Source of the DNA: Squalus acanthias
Taxonomy: Eukaryota
Direction of reading: 5' to 3'
DNA: 64,000 bases
Assembly: GCA_030390025.1 (NCBI GenBank)
Contig: CM059433.1
Location: 31,374,001 to 31,438,000, forward strand
The notes under the pieces are model-generated. The model was not told the DNA's origin, made no database searches, and saw only the letters and a list, made by a program, of their open reading frames with translations. A program made the position numbers and the translations under genes. Below, piece after piece: positions 49,341-62,244 of the stretch (within the stretch, counting starts at the first letter, position 1; the number at the start of each line of letters is the position of its first letter).

Positions 49341-49700
49341 AGATGAAGCAGATGGAATGGGAGGAGACTGGTGTGGAGTATAGCACCAGCACAGAGTAGT
49401 TGAGCCGAATGGCCTGTTTCTGTGCTATATTCTATGTGATTCTATGTAATTACTGCCCAGGCCCTGAAGAATAAAATGTACTCGTATTCCATTGCTAAAT
49501 TTACACCAATTTCTGATCTGCGTTCGCTAAGAGTAGCAGGAAAAAAAAAATTATTGGTCTTTGTGGTTCCCGGTTGGTTTAGTGGTTAAATGTACTGCCT
49601 GGTGTAGAATTGAGCCTTACAGATCAGGGAGGTCCTGGTCCCAGGTTCCTGTGCTGGTATTAGCCAGGAGGACCATTGGAGTGATACAGTTGAACTCTAT

Positions 49701-50408
49701 GGGGTAGAGTTTCCGTTTTGGGCGCAATCGGCAATCTGGGTGCAATTAGCGCTCAAAATTGCACTAGTTTTCTGAATTGAAACTTATTTGAATATCGTCA
49801 GACGTAAAATCTTCCACGAACTAGCGCAATCGGGTAGCGTTTTAGAACGTAATTACTTATTTATTTTTCTTGCATTAAAAAATATTCTTTGATATATTTA
49901 AGAGTGGTAACCTGGTGCAGTTTTATTAATACAGCTGAAAATGGGTTTATCACCGAAAATAAGCATTATTAATTAGAGTGTCTAGTCCACCACCTTTGAG
50001 TAACCTGATTTTAAATGACTGAAAATGGCTTTAAAAAAACTATACAGAACCCTTTACTAGTTTCACTGGTGTACACTAGTCAGTTTCCTGGTCATTTTAA
50101 AAAAATATTTAAAAGGCATTTAAAAGGTGCCTATTAGTGTCCTTGTGCCTGAAAAAACAGCTTAATTTTAAGAGCCTCCTCAAAGACCCGCTAATTATTG
50201 GAGACGCGCCATGGTGATTAATTCGATCTGGGAGCGTGACCAGTTTTGTGGGAGGGGCCTGCTTCCAGCGTAATGTTTTTTAAACCAGTGCAAAAGATCG
50301 CGGAACGCAACTTATGCTTGAAATTCCACCATCGTTTGCGTTGGTTTGGCCAATTTTGGACGAATTGCGCTGGAATAAAACAGCGCAACCGAGCGGAAAT
50401 TCCAGGCC
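49701..50408. mobile_element. Harbinger-type MITE with an AT-rich interior
   Basis: Imperfect TIRs GGGGTAGAGTTTCCG / CGGAAATTCCAGGCC, GCGCAA-rich subtermini; TSD not clean. Confidence 0.6.
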
Positions 50409-50756
50409 AGTGTTCACAAGCTTTCCAGGAAGGATATATTGGGCTTGGCGGGGGTGCAGCGCAGATTCACCATAATGATACCAGGGCTGAGAGGGTTAAA
50501 TTATGAGGACAGGTTGCATAGACTAGGCTTGTATTCCCTTGAGTATAGAAGGTTAAAGGGTGAACTAATTGAGATGTTTAAGATGATTAAAGGATATGAT
50601 ATAGATAAAGAGAAACTATTTCCTCTGCTGGGGGAGTCCAGAACAAAGAGGCATAACCGTAAAATTAGAGCTGGGCCATTTAGGGGTGATGTCAGGAAGC
50701 ACTTCTTCATACAAATGGAAATCTGGAACTCTCTCCCCCAAAAAGCTGTTGAGGCT

Positions 50757-53739
50757 ACAACTAGCCATACCTCAAGCCAAGCTGTTCCAGTACAGCTACA
50801 ACACTGACATCTATCCGACAAAGTGGAAAATTGCCCAGGTATGTCCTGTCCACAAGAACCAGGACTTATCCAATCCGGCCAATTACCGCCCCAACAGTCT
50901 ACTCACAATCATCAGCAAAGTGATGGAAGGTGTTGTCGACAGTGTTATTAAGTGGCACTTACTCACCAATAACCTGCTCACTGATGCCCAGTTTGGGTTC
51001 CGCCAGGACCGCTCAGCTCCCGACCTCATTATAGCCTTGGTCCAAACATGGACGAAAGAGCTGAATTCCAGAGGTGAGGTAAGAGTGACTGCCCTTGACA
51101 TCAAGGCAGCATTTGACCGAGCCTGGCATCAAGGAGCCCTAATAAATTTGAAGTCAATGGTTGTCAAGGAGAAAACTCTCCATTGGCTGGAGTCATACCT
51201 AGCACAAAGGAAGATGGTTGTGGTTGTTGGAGGCCAATCATCTCAGCCCCAGGACATCGCTGCAGGAGTTCCTCAGGACAGTGTCCCAGACCCAACCATC
51301 TTCAGCTACTTCATCACTGACCTTCCCTCCATCATAAGATCAGAAGTGGGGATTCAGTTCCAATTGCAACTCCTCAGATAATGAAGCAGTCCATGTCTGC
51401 ATGCAGCAAGACCTAGACAACATTCAGGCTTGGGCTGATAACTGGAAAGTAACATTCACGCTACACAAGTGCCAGGCAATGACCATCTCCAACAAACGAG
51501 AGTTTAGCCACCTCCCCTTTACATTCAATGGGACTACCATCATCAAATTCCCCCACCATCAATATCCTGGGGGTCACCATTGACCAGAAACTTAACTGGA
51601 CCAGCCACATAAATACTGTGGCTATAAGAGCAGGTCAGAGGCTGGGTATTCTGCGGCGAGTGACTCACCTCGTGACTCCCCAAAGCCTTTCCTCCATCTA
51701 CAAGGCACAAGTCAGGAGTGTGATGGAATACTCTTCACTTGCCTGGATGAGTGCAGCTCCAACAACACTCAAGAAGTTCAACACCATCCAGGACAAAACA
51801 GTCCACTTGATTGGCACCCCATCCACCACCTAAAACATTCACTCCCTCCACCACTGGCGTACCGTGGCTGCAGTGTATACCATCTACAAGATGCACTGCA
51901 GCAACTCGCCAAGGTTTCTTCGACAGCACCTCCCAAACCCACGGCCTCTTCCACCTAGAAGGACAAGGGCAGCAGGCGCATGGGAACACCATCACCTGCA
52001 AGTTCCCCTCCAAGTCACACACCATTCAGAATTCATTAGACTCGGGAACAGTGCCCATGGATTGGAGGGTAGCTAACGTTACCCCACTATTCAAAAAGGG
52101 GGGTAGGGAAAAAGCAGGTAATTACAGACCTGTAAGCCTTACATCAGTTGTGGGCAAAATGCTGGAGTCCATCATTAAGGATGAAATAGCGGAGCACTTA
52201 GCAAATGGGGACAGGATAGGACAGAGTCAACATGGATTTACAAAGGGTAAATCGTGCTTGACTAATCTATTGGAATTTTTTGAGGGAGTAACTGGTAAAA
52301 TAGATGGGGGAGAGCCAATAGATGTGGTGTACCTGGACTTCCAAAAGGCCTTCGACAAGGTCCCACATAAAAGATTAGCATGGAAAATTGAAGCTCATGG
52401 GATAAAGGGGAAAGTATTGACGTGGATAGAGAACTGGCTGTCAGATAGAAAACAGAGAGTTGGAATAAACGGCTCATTTTCTGAATGGCAGGCAGTAACA
52501 AGTGGGGTACCACAGGGATCTGTCCTGGGTCCCCAGCTGTTCACAATTTACATTAATGACCTGGATCAGGGAGTCGGATGCAGCATTTCCAAATTTGCAG
52601 ACGACACTAAACTAGGAGGGGGGGTGGGCTCAGAGGAGGAGACCAGGAAGCTCCAGAGCGATTTGGACAGACTGGGTGATTGGGCGGATGAATGGCAGAT
52701 GCACTATAATGTGGACAAGTGCGAAGTTATCCACCTTGGGTGCAGGAACGGGAGGGCAAATTATTATTTAAATGGCAATAAATTGGGAGAGGGGGAAGTA
52801 CAGAGAGACCTGGGTGTTCTTGTACACCAGTCACTGAAGGCGAGCATGCAGGTGCAACAGGCGGTCAAGAAGGCAAACGGTATGCTGGCCTTCATAGCAA
52901 AAGGGTTGGAATACAGGAACAGGGATACCTTGCTGCAGCTGTACAGGGCACTGGTGAGACCACACCTCGAGTACTGTGTACAGTTTTGGTCGCCTCATCT
53001 GAGGAAAGATGTTCTTGCCATGGAGGGGGTGCAGCGGCGATTCACCAGGCTGATACCAGGAATGGCGGGATTGACCTATGAGGAGAGACTATGTAGTTTA
53101 GGGATGTACACACTGGAGTTTAGAAGATTGAGAGGGGACCTCATAGAAGTGTATAAAATTCTGACAGGTCTAGACAGACTAGATGCAGAAGGAATGTTTC
53201 CCTTGGCGGGTGAGAACAGAACTAGAGGACATAATTTAAGGATAAGGGCTAAACCATTTAGGACAGAAATGAGGGGGAATTTCTTCACTCAGAGGGTGGT
53301 GAACCTGTGGAACTCATTGCCACAGAGGGCAGTGTACGCCAGCTCATTAAATATATTTAAGAGGGAATTAAATATATTTCTACAGGCAAAAGGGGTTAAG
53401 GGTTACGGAGAGAAGGCGGGGACGGGATACTGAATTGGAGGATCAGCCATGATCTCATTAAATGGCGGAGCAGGCTCGAAGGGCCGGATGGCCTACTCCT
53501 GCTCCTATCTTCTATGTATCTATGTACCATCCTGACTTGGAAGTATATCGCCGATCCTTCATCGTCGCTGGGTCAAAATCCTGGAACACCCTCCCTAACA
53601 GCACTGTGGGAGTACCTTCACCACACGGATTGCAGCGGTTCACAAAGGCGGCTCACCACCACCTTCTCAAAGGCAATTAGAAATGGGCAATAAATGCTGG
53701 CCTTGCCAGCGACACCCACATCCCATGAATGAATAAAAA
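50757..53739 (+). mobile_element. Distinct CR1/L2-group LINE (RT and 3' end), inserted in a CR1 fragment (50420-50756 + 53740-53890) and interrupted by a young CR1
   Basis: WKIAQVCPVHK...NYRP.SLL, QFGFR, ALDIKAAFDR.WH, GVPQ.SV; 3' end GAATGAATAAAAA. Confidence 0.85.
52026..53525 (+). mobile_element. Young CR1 LINE, 5'-truncated, open RT frame 52027-53433
   Basis: TSD ACCAT (52021-52025 / 53526-53530); about 8 substitutions vs 14397-15896 by eye. Confidence 0.95.
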
Positions 53740-55674
53740 CATTCAAACCAGAAATTGATAGATTTTTGTTCGGTAAGGTCATAAACGGATATGGAGTTAA
53801 GGAGGCTAGATAGGTTTAAGATACAGATCAGCCAAGATCTAATTGAATGGCAGAAGAGGCTTGAGGGGCTAATGGCCTATGTTCCTATGCTACAAGTGCT
53901 CCCACTCCTCTGATCATTAGTCAGCGACCCCTGCTGGATGATGTGGATGTGTGCGTACTGAGCAAGGTCACTCTGCCTGATGGCTCGAAGCTCAAGTGAA
54001 GCTTGGGCAAGGGAACACAGAACTCTAGCACTCATATCTCAACAAGAGTAAAGGCTTTGATGAAAGAAGGGACAAAATAAAATGTTTTTTGGAAACCGTG
54101 AAGAATCCTCCCTTTCCAGATGTCAGAAGGTCTTCCTTAATTGCTTTGAACAGAGACAGAGATTCAAATACAAATGGAGCACTATTTGTACCCAGTCTGC
54201 TACTGGAGCTGCTCATGAGCTCAGTTCCTTCTGCAGCACTCGCACATCTCATATTAGATTAAAAGCTGGATAGACATCTGACTATTCATTACTTTAATTG
54301 GACAGGGTGCTTAGACTTTTAAAGGGGTTTAATTATTTCTGTAACCTGATAAGAACTGCTTGTAAACGATATAATTTTGTAAATGTCTTAATCAATACGT
54401 AAAGAACTAATTTGCTCACTTTGATTTGAACTCTGACCCATGCAGATAGCCGTCGATATTCATCGTGACAGAGTGTTTCATTTGACATACTGGCGCACTA
54501 TGAGCTTGGCAAAGAACTGTCACTTTGTAGGTGTGTCCAGCTGCAGTATATTATACATTTGATGAAAGAGTGATTGGGAATGTGATTAATGGTGTCATTC
54601 ATTTAGTTAGGCATCGCCCTACTCTTGGTCAAAAGTTTTCAATTAGATTTTGCTTAATCAGGATTGTCTGCTAAATGGAACAATTCAGGGCATCTCAGTT
54701 AATAGTGTTCTACTTGATAACTTTCTCTTATCATGCATGTCCATTATTTTGCATATTAGGTCAGAACAGGGTAGAGTTAGAAGAATGTGATGTCTCACTT
54801 GCTTGTGTGTCTCTCTCTCTTACATTCATGTTCATGTGAGTCTCACTCACTCATTTATATCTCTCTTGCGTCTTTCTCACTCTCTCCTGTACCTCTCTCT
54901 GGCTCATGTACATAGGAACAGGAGTAGGCCATTCAGCCCCTTGAGCCAGTTCCGCCATTCAATTGGATCATGGCTGACCTGTGTCTTACCTCCATTTACC
55001 CACTTTTGCTCTATGTCCTTTGATACCCTTACCTAACACAAATCTATTGACCTCAGTCTTAAAAGTTTCAACTGAAATTGCATCCACCCCCTTTTTTCGA
55101 AGAGAGTTCCAGATTTCTACTACCGTTTGTGTGAAGAAGTGCTTCCTGATTTAATTCTTTTAATGGCTTCAATTTTAAGACTTTGTCCCCTTGTTCAGCA
55201 TTTCCCCACCAGAGGAAAGTTTCTCTTTATCTGCCATATGTAGCACATAATCCAGGCTAACACTCCAGTGCAGCACCGAGAGAGTGCGGTACTGCACTGT
55301 CAGAGGCGCCGTCTTTCGGAGTTACATTACAAATGCACAAATTGTACATTTGTTCGAACAAGTAAATTAGTCATCAGGCTTATTATAGAAGTCACTGAAT
55401 TAACTTGTACTCAAACTCTAGCTGTGACTTCAGCTAAGTGGGTCCAGTAATATTCTGCACCAAACCTACTGTTGTCCCCCGACTCCACCAGATGTAGCTA
55501 CAGGTGGAACAATCCACAAGGCAGATGATCAGTGGTGAGCAGATGGTGATACGTTTTGTGGACATTCGCAGCATAGGTGTGGCACAGCAATAAAGTTTCA
55601 CATAATCATGAATGGACTAAGTTACTTATGTATACTGCCCCTGGCATTTTACTTTCTATGGTAGTATAATGAAG

Positions 55675-56170
55675 CATAGAATGATACAGCACAGAAGGAG
55701 ACCATTCGGCCCATCATGCCTGTGCCAGCTCTTTGAAAGCGCTATCCAATTCATACCACTCCCCTGCTCTTTCCCCATAGCCCTGAAAATGTTGCCATTT
55801 CAAGAATATATCCAACTCCCTTTTGAAATTTACTATTGAACCTGCTTCCACCACCCTTTCAGGCAGTGCATTCCAGGTCATAGCAAGTCACCGCATTAAA
55901 AAATTCTCCCCCCTCTCGCCTCTGGTTCTTTTGCCAATTATCTGAAATCTGTGTCCTCTGGTTACTGACCCTCCTGCCAGTGGAAACAGTTTTTCCTTAT
56001 TTACTGTATCAAAACCCTTCATAATTTTGAACACCTCTATCAAATCTCCCTTTAACCTTCTCTGTTCTAATGAGAACAAGCCCAGCTTCTCTAGTCTCTC
56101 CCCATAACTGAAGTCCCTCATCCCTGGTACCAGTGTGGTACGTCTTCTCTGCACCCTCTCCAAGGCCTTG
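55675..56170 (-). mobile_element. CR1 3' fragment
   Basis: KALERVQRR...LEKLGLFSLEQRRL.GDLIEVFKI. Confidence 0.88.
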
Positions 56171-56399
56171 ACAGGCTGGAAGAAAACTGAGCTCCCAGTA
56201 TAAAGCACTGGAGATTGTTGTTATTTTAAGACTCCAAAGCTACTGAGAATAACCTTTACAGTAAAAGGAAAATATCCTAATGCTTGGCTATCAGTGGCAG
56301 GGTATAATAAATCCTTCCAGTGCTGAGTAGCACGTTGTTGCTCTGTGCCTACAGTTCTGCATGTAGCGACCTGCTGCCAGAGCAAAGAAAGTCTCTGTC

Positions 56400-56898
56400 C
56401 CTCTCCCACTCTGACCTCTCTGTCCTCGCCCTTCTACACTGTACCAATGAAGCTCAACGGAAGCGCGAGGAACAGCACCTCATCCTTCGATAAAGCACTT
56501 TACAATCTTCTGGACTCAGCATTGAGTTCAACAACTTCAGATCATAACCACCGCTCCCATTTTTCAGACAGCAGGTGCTCATAATGATTCTGCTGTTACA
56601 CCTCCTCTGGACACATCTTTTGTTTTGTTCCTTGACCCATTCCTGCCCCCTTTCACCTTGCCCCATCATCCCTTTTGTTATTTAATCTCTCCTGCCCTCC
56701 ACCCGGCCACAGACCTTCCCTTTAGTTCTTTCCTCCCCTCCCTCCTTTCCCTGGCTCTGTCCTTGTTTATAAACTGTTAAATTTCTAACTTCTTCCAGTT
56801 CTGATGAAAGGTCATCAACCTGAAACGTTAACTCTGTTTTTTTCCTCCACAGATGCTGCCTGACCTGCTGACTGTTTCCAGCATTTTCTGTTTTTATT
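56400..56898 (+). mobile_element. Penelope family B 3' fragment with a hammerhead motif at 56797-56833
   Basis: AGTT-CTGATGA-A-AGGTC/ATC/AACCT-GAAA-CG-TT|AACT. Confidence 0.85.
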
Positions 56899-57659
56899 AA
56901 GGAAATCCTATCAGCCGACTTAAAACTGGAGACTTGTGAGCAAGGCACCCGGCAGCTAAGAATGTTGCAGGATACGAATGAAAATAGCGCTGGAGTAACC
57001 ACAAGTAGAGGATAATCATGATGGATAGGCTGAAATGATTCTCCTGGACTTGAACTCAGAGACAACTGCCCAAGTCTAGATATTAAGAAGTGAATGACAG
57101 AGACCGAGGGTTTAATTTTTATCTTCACCTTCTGGGTGGGAATCTAGTGGAGCGAATCACCCGCCCGTTATAGATTGACGTTCCAATGTGGCAGTAAATA
57201 CACGCCTCTTAAAAGCAATTAAAAATGCCCCCCGCTTCCTCACACAATGCATAATATGGCGTCTCTCCTGAAAACCGCACTTCCTTTTTTGATGAATTTT
57301 TTCTTTGTTGGTGCTTTTGTTGCAATTTTGAAGAAATAAAAAATTCAATGAAAAACAAATTGATTGGAAGTAGAGTGGGCCTAATTGTAGTTAGTGAGGT
57401 AGTGCACGGCAACATAAAAGGGTTTGTGTAACTCGAAGAAAATGTCCCTGTGATGCTCTGCGATCTCATCAATTAATGCGGCAAGGGTAGTAGGAACATA
57501 GGAAACATAGGAACAGGGCCAGCCTATTCAGTCTTAGAAGAATGAGATGTCTCACTTTGTGTGTCTTTCTCTCGCACTCATGTTCATGTGAGTCTCACTC
57601 ACTCCTTTATATCGCTCTTGTGTCTCTCTCACTCTCTCCTGTACCTCTCTCTGGCTCAT

Positions 57660-58290
57660 GTACATCGGAACAGGAGTAAGCCATTCAGCTCCTCGAGTCT
57701 GTTCTGCTATTCAATTAGATCATGGCTGATCTGTATCTTAACTCCATCTACCTGCCTTTGTGCTGTAATCCTTAATACCCTTGCCTACCAAAAACCTATC
57801 AATCTCAGTTTTGAAATGTACAATTGACCCCCAGCCTCAACTGTTTTTGGGGGAGAGAGTTCCAGATTTCCACTACCCTTTGTGTGAAGAAGTGCTTCCT
57901 GACATCACCTCAGAACAGTGCAGCTCTAATTTTAAGGTTATGCCCCCTTGTTCTAGACTCCCTTACCAGAAGAAATAGTTTCTCTCTATCTATCAAATCC
58001 TTTAATCATCTTAAATCCTCAATCACCCCTTAATCTTCTGTGCTCCAGGGAATACAAGCCTAGTCTGTGCAACCTGTCCTCATAATTTAAGTCTTAGTCC
58101 TGGTATCATTCTGCACTGCACCCCCGCCAAGGCCTTCCTGAGGTGTAGTGCCCAGAACTGTGTGCAGTACTCCAGATACGGTCTAACCAGTGTTTAGACA
58201 ACTGTAGCATAACTTCCACCCCTTTGCCTTCCAGCCCCCTTGAGATGAAGGCTAACATTCCATTAGTCTTTTTAATTATTATTCTTGTAC
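57660..58290 (-). mobile_element. CR1 3' fragment
   Basis: Reverse-complement CR1 3'UTR and ORF2 end (HFFTQRVVEIWNSLP). Confidence 0.8.
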
Positions 58291-59019
58291 CTGACCACTC
58301 GTGATTTCTAGTAGTGGGCTTAGGATGTGGACCTATCCAGTTTTGGGGTAAATCTTTAAAATTGACAATTTAGTTATGTGGGGCTGCTTGTAGAAGATAT
58401 TTGAGATTCATATTGTGCACCTAGCCCAAATGGGAAGGGGCCAGCCACACAGCATTCCAGTGGGATCTGAAAACCAGCCAACACCTTGATAGCTGTGGAT
58501 CTGCCAACAAAGAGCTACACGCTGCCAATTCAGAGTCGAGCCTCTGTCTTTCACAGAATGAATGACGCCAACTAAATTAGCACAGTTAGCTCCCTTGCGA
58601 GCTGTTGAGTTTGCAAATGCAATTCCATTATTTGAACTGAGATGATGTGGTTACTGTATGATGCACTACAAGTTAATGGTGTCTTTGAACCAGTCATTTC
58701 AATCTTCTGATTAAAACGGGGGGGAGGGCACAGAGAAAAAAAATCACAGTGTTACATCTCACAAGTAAAGACTGATTTATATAGCGCCAAAGGCATGATT
58801 GAAGTATCTCATGAGGTCCCGCTAACCCATTATTACCGCAGTCTGGATGTGGACAGGCGTGCTACCAAACAGACTGGCTGCTGTGAAATTAACTGTGAAT
58901 ATGGCCCAATTATTTTTTTTCCCACTTTGGTAGAATTCTATTCAGTCAATCAAAAAGTGCATTTGAACCAAGCTTGAAATTTAAAAAAAAACTCGCGACC
59001 AGAAGTTTGGATGAGCTCA

Positions 59020-59497
59020 ACTCTGCTGGCCATATCCTAACTCGCGTTCGCCCATCACCCCTGTGCTCGTTGACCCACATTAGCTTCGTGTCTAGCAACA
59101 TCTCGGTTTTAAAATTCTCATCCTTGTTTTCAAATCCCTCCATGGTCTCGCCCCTCCCCATCTCTTTCACTTCCTCCAGCCCTACAACCCTCCGATTCTG
59201 GCCTCTTGTGCCTCTCCGATTATCATCGCTCCACCATTGGGGGCTGTGCTTTCAGTGCCTTGGCCCTGAATCATCTGATGAAAGGTCATTGACCTGAAAC
59301 ATTAACTCTCTCGCTCTCTCCACAAATGCTGCCTGCCCTGTTGAGTATTTCCAGTATTTTCTGTTTCTATTTCTAATATCTCAAAATGTAGCTCGGTGTC
59401 AAATTTTGTTTGATAATGCTCCTGTGAAGGGCCTTGGGATGTTTTACTATGTTAAAGGTGCTATATCAATGCAAGATGATGTAGTTGTTGTTGTTGC
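59020..59497 (+). mobile_element. L2 3' fragment with a nested Penelope terminal-repeat/hammerhead piece (59272-59372)
   Basis: L2 ORF end and (GTT)n tail; CTGATGAAAGGTCATTGACCTGAAACATTAAC at 59275. Confidence 0.8.
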
Positions 59498-59583
59498 AGT
59501 CTGTCGTGACGCTTGCTGCAGCCCATCTATAGGTTTCTGCTGGTGAAAGGGTTAAAAGGTGACACATTTTCAAAGAAGCCTAC

Positions 59584-59837
59584 CTGCGAATCCTGCATCA
59601 CACCAACAAGAGAAGTGGCCTATTAAATCTGTACAGGTAGCTCCATTTTCACAAGGTGAGCTTGCACATTCATTGGTTTCCGTCTGGCAAAAGGGCCCTT
59701 CATATCCAATCATGCAGTGGCAGGTATAATTATACGTGTGATCCAGGCAGGTGCCATGCTCAGTGCACAAGTTTCCAATGCAGTCATCTATGTCAATGTC
59801 GCAGAATTGTCCTGTATATCCAGGAGGGCATATGCAC
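59584..59837 (-). CDS. eys: Internal coding exon with EGF-like repeats, probably eyes shut homolog (equivalent to human exon 12)
   Basis: Acceptor gtttctcctag|G, donor G|gtaggc, 254 bp, phase 2 to 1; CICPPGYTGQFCDIDIDDCIGNLCTEHGTCLDHTYNYTCHCMIGYEGPFCQTETNECASSPCENGATCTDLIGHFSCWCDAGFAG aligns with my recollection of human EYS RCSCSLSYIG...CLGN..VHGLCL...CVPGFKG. Exon call is strong; gene name is less certain because of Notch/Crumbs-like alternatives. Confidence 0.75.
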
Positions 59838-60474
59838 CTAGGAGAAACAGGAGTACCTTTAAACACAACACGAAGAACAACCATGTGTGATAGCATTAGC
59901 CAATGTGCTCTTTCCCTTTAATTCGCACTCTCTCCTGAAGAGGCTGACACATCTGGTGGGTAGTTCTGTGGGAGCAATCTGCCACAGATGCTTCTCCAAC
60001 CGTGTGAACCCAGGCAGTGAATGCAGAAGGACTATTACACCATTGACGGGAACACAGTTGGGCCGAATCCTGTCACCTGTCTGCACTCTCCAGTAGGGTT
60101 TGCTGGATAGCGATAAGCAATGGGAATTTGTTGGTGTTGTCCTTCCATAGCCAAGGGTGTTGATGCTAATTGTAGCACTCCTACTAGTTGAGATCCGTTA
60201 TCTCATCGCAATCCATAGATGGAACCTCAGCTCTTTCCTGATTTGTACAGATGAACGCTGGTGTATGTTCACTCACAACTGACACAATAGAGGACGTTTA
60301 ACAAAGACATATTAATTGGGCACCTCTCAATAGCGAGATGCTCAAAGGGACACGGTCTTCCTCAAAAAGAAATGGGAAAACCTCTTCTCATCAACAATTA
60401 ATGGTTGCACCATTTCAATTGGCATGAAAAGTATCAAAATAATTAATGGGCCCTTCAAAGCTCTTCTCAATCTT

Positions 60475-61170
60475 ACATAGGATTACATAGAAATAACAGC
60501 ATAGAAACAGGCCATTCAGCCTACCCAGTCCATTCCAGCGTTTATGCTCCACTCGAGCCTCCTCCCATCCTTCTTCATCCAACTCTATCAGCATAGCCCT
60601 CTATTCCCTTCTCCCTCATTTACTTATCTAGCCTACCCTTAAAAGCAGCTATAATATTCGCCTCAACCACTCCCTGTGGTAGCGAGTTCCACATTCTCAC
60701 CACCCTCTGAGTAAAGATGTTTCTTCTGAATTCTCTATTTGATTTCTTGGTTACTATCTTATATTGATGGCCTCTAGTTTTGCTCTTCCCTACAAGTGGA
60801 AACACTCTCTCTGTATCTACTCTATCAAAACCTTTCATAATTTTAAAGACCTGTATTAGGTCACCCCTCAGTCTTCTCTTTTCATGAGAAAAGTGACCCA
60901 GCCTGTTCATCCTTTCCTAATAGGTATACCCTCGCATTTCTGGTACCATCTTTGTAAATCTTCTCTGCATCCTCTCCAGTGCCTTTATGTCCTTTTTATA
61001 ATATGCCGACCAGAATTGTACGCAGTACTCCAAGTGTGAACTAAGCAAGGTTTAATACAAGTTTAGCATAACTTCTCTACTTTTCAATTCTATCCCTCCA
61101 GAAATAAACCCTAGTGCTTGGTTTGCTTTTGTTATGGGCTTATTAACCTGCGTCACTACTTTTAGTGATG
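60475..61170 (-). mobile_element. CR1 3' fragment
   Basis: RRLRGDLI.VFKIMKGFDRV...FTQRVVRMWNSLP. Confidence 0.88.
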
Positions 61171-61239
61171 TTGAAACAAAAACATTTTGACAATGCACAT
61201 GACTTATCCTTGGGGTCAGAGAGAAATTAACGGTGTCAA

Positions 61240-61667
61240 CTGTGGCTCAGTGGTAGCACTTTCGCCTCTGAGTCAGAAGGTTGAGGGTTCACATCCCACT
61301 CCAGAGACTTAAGCACATAATCCAGGCTGACACTTCAGTGCAGGACTGAGGGAGTGCCGGAGGTACTGTCTTTCAGATGAGAAGTTAAACCGAGGCCCCG
61401 TCTGCCCTCTCAGATGGATGTAAAAGATCCTATGGCACTATTTCGAAGAAGAACAGGGGAGTTAGCCCTGGTGCCCTAGCCAATATTTATCCATCAACCA
61501 AACCAAAAACAGATTATCTGGCCATTATCACAATGCTGTTTGTGGGATCTTGCTGTCCGCACATTGGCTGCTGCATTTCCTACATTACAACCGTGATTAC
61601 ATTTCAAAAGTACTTCATTGGCTATAAAGCGCTTTTGGACTTCCTGAGATCATGAAAGGCGCTATCT
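61240..61667 (+). mobile_element. Deu-domain SINE (SacSINE1-like), full length
   Basis: A box TGGCTCAGTGG, B-box-like GGTTCACATCC, Deu core and tail. Confidence 0.82.
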
Positions 61668-62244
61668 GTCTTTGGTTTTCCTCGGGGGATGGATTGGACA
61701 TGTTAGAGACTGTGATTAAACAGATTGTACATGGTCTAACGAGAGATATGCTGCATAGCCTTTCCTCATTCTTAACAGTTTTACCATTATCATAAGGATA
61801 CATTCTGCAATCCCGTCCAGCCACAGAGGAAGCCATTCTTAAAACGACTGCTGGTTGGAGACAGAGCTACAAGATTGCAGCCCTGATTCTCCACCTGTGC
61901 TCCCTATGACTGAAGGTCACTGCTGGGATTGCAGAGATAACCCTTTGGTGTAATCTTCCATAACTGGCATAGGGATAAACAGTTCGGGAAGTGAACATGT
62001 GGCTGAAAGAGTAGTGTGGGAAGAAGTGATCCCAGTTACACAGAGTTAGATAGAATCTACAGTGCAGAAACAGGCCATTCGGCCCAACTGGTCTATGCCA
62101 GCATTTATACTCCACACAAGCCTCCACACGAGCCTCCTCCCACCCCTCTTCATCTAACCCTATCAGCATATCCTCCTATTCCTTTCTCCCTTGTGTACTT
62201 ATCTAATTTCCCCTTAAATGCATCAACTTCCCCTTAAATGCATC

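Noticed and set aside
51811..53433. 540-aa ORF as a novel protein
   Set aside because: Chance in-frame fusion: the first 72 codons are 3' sequence of the host LINE and the rest is truncated CR1 ORF2 after the ACCAT TSD; the start codon is not ATG.
59570..59896. Whole 108-aa ORF as coding
   Set aside because: Only 59584-59837 lies between splice sites; the flanks are intronic read-through.
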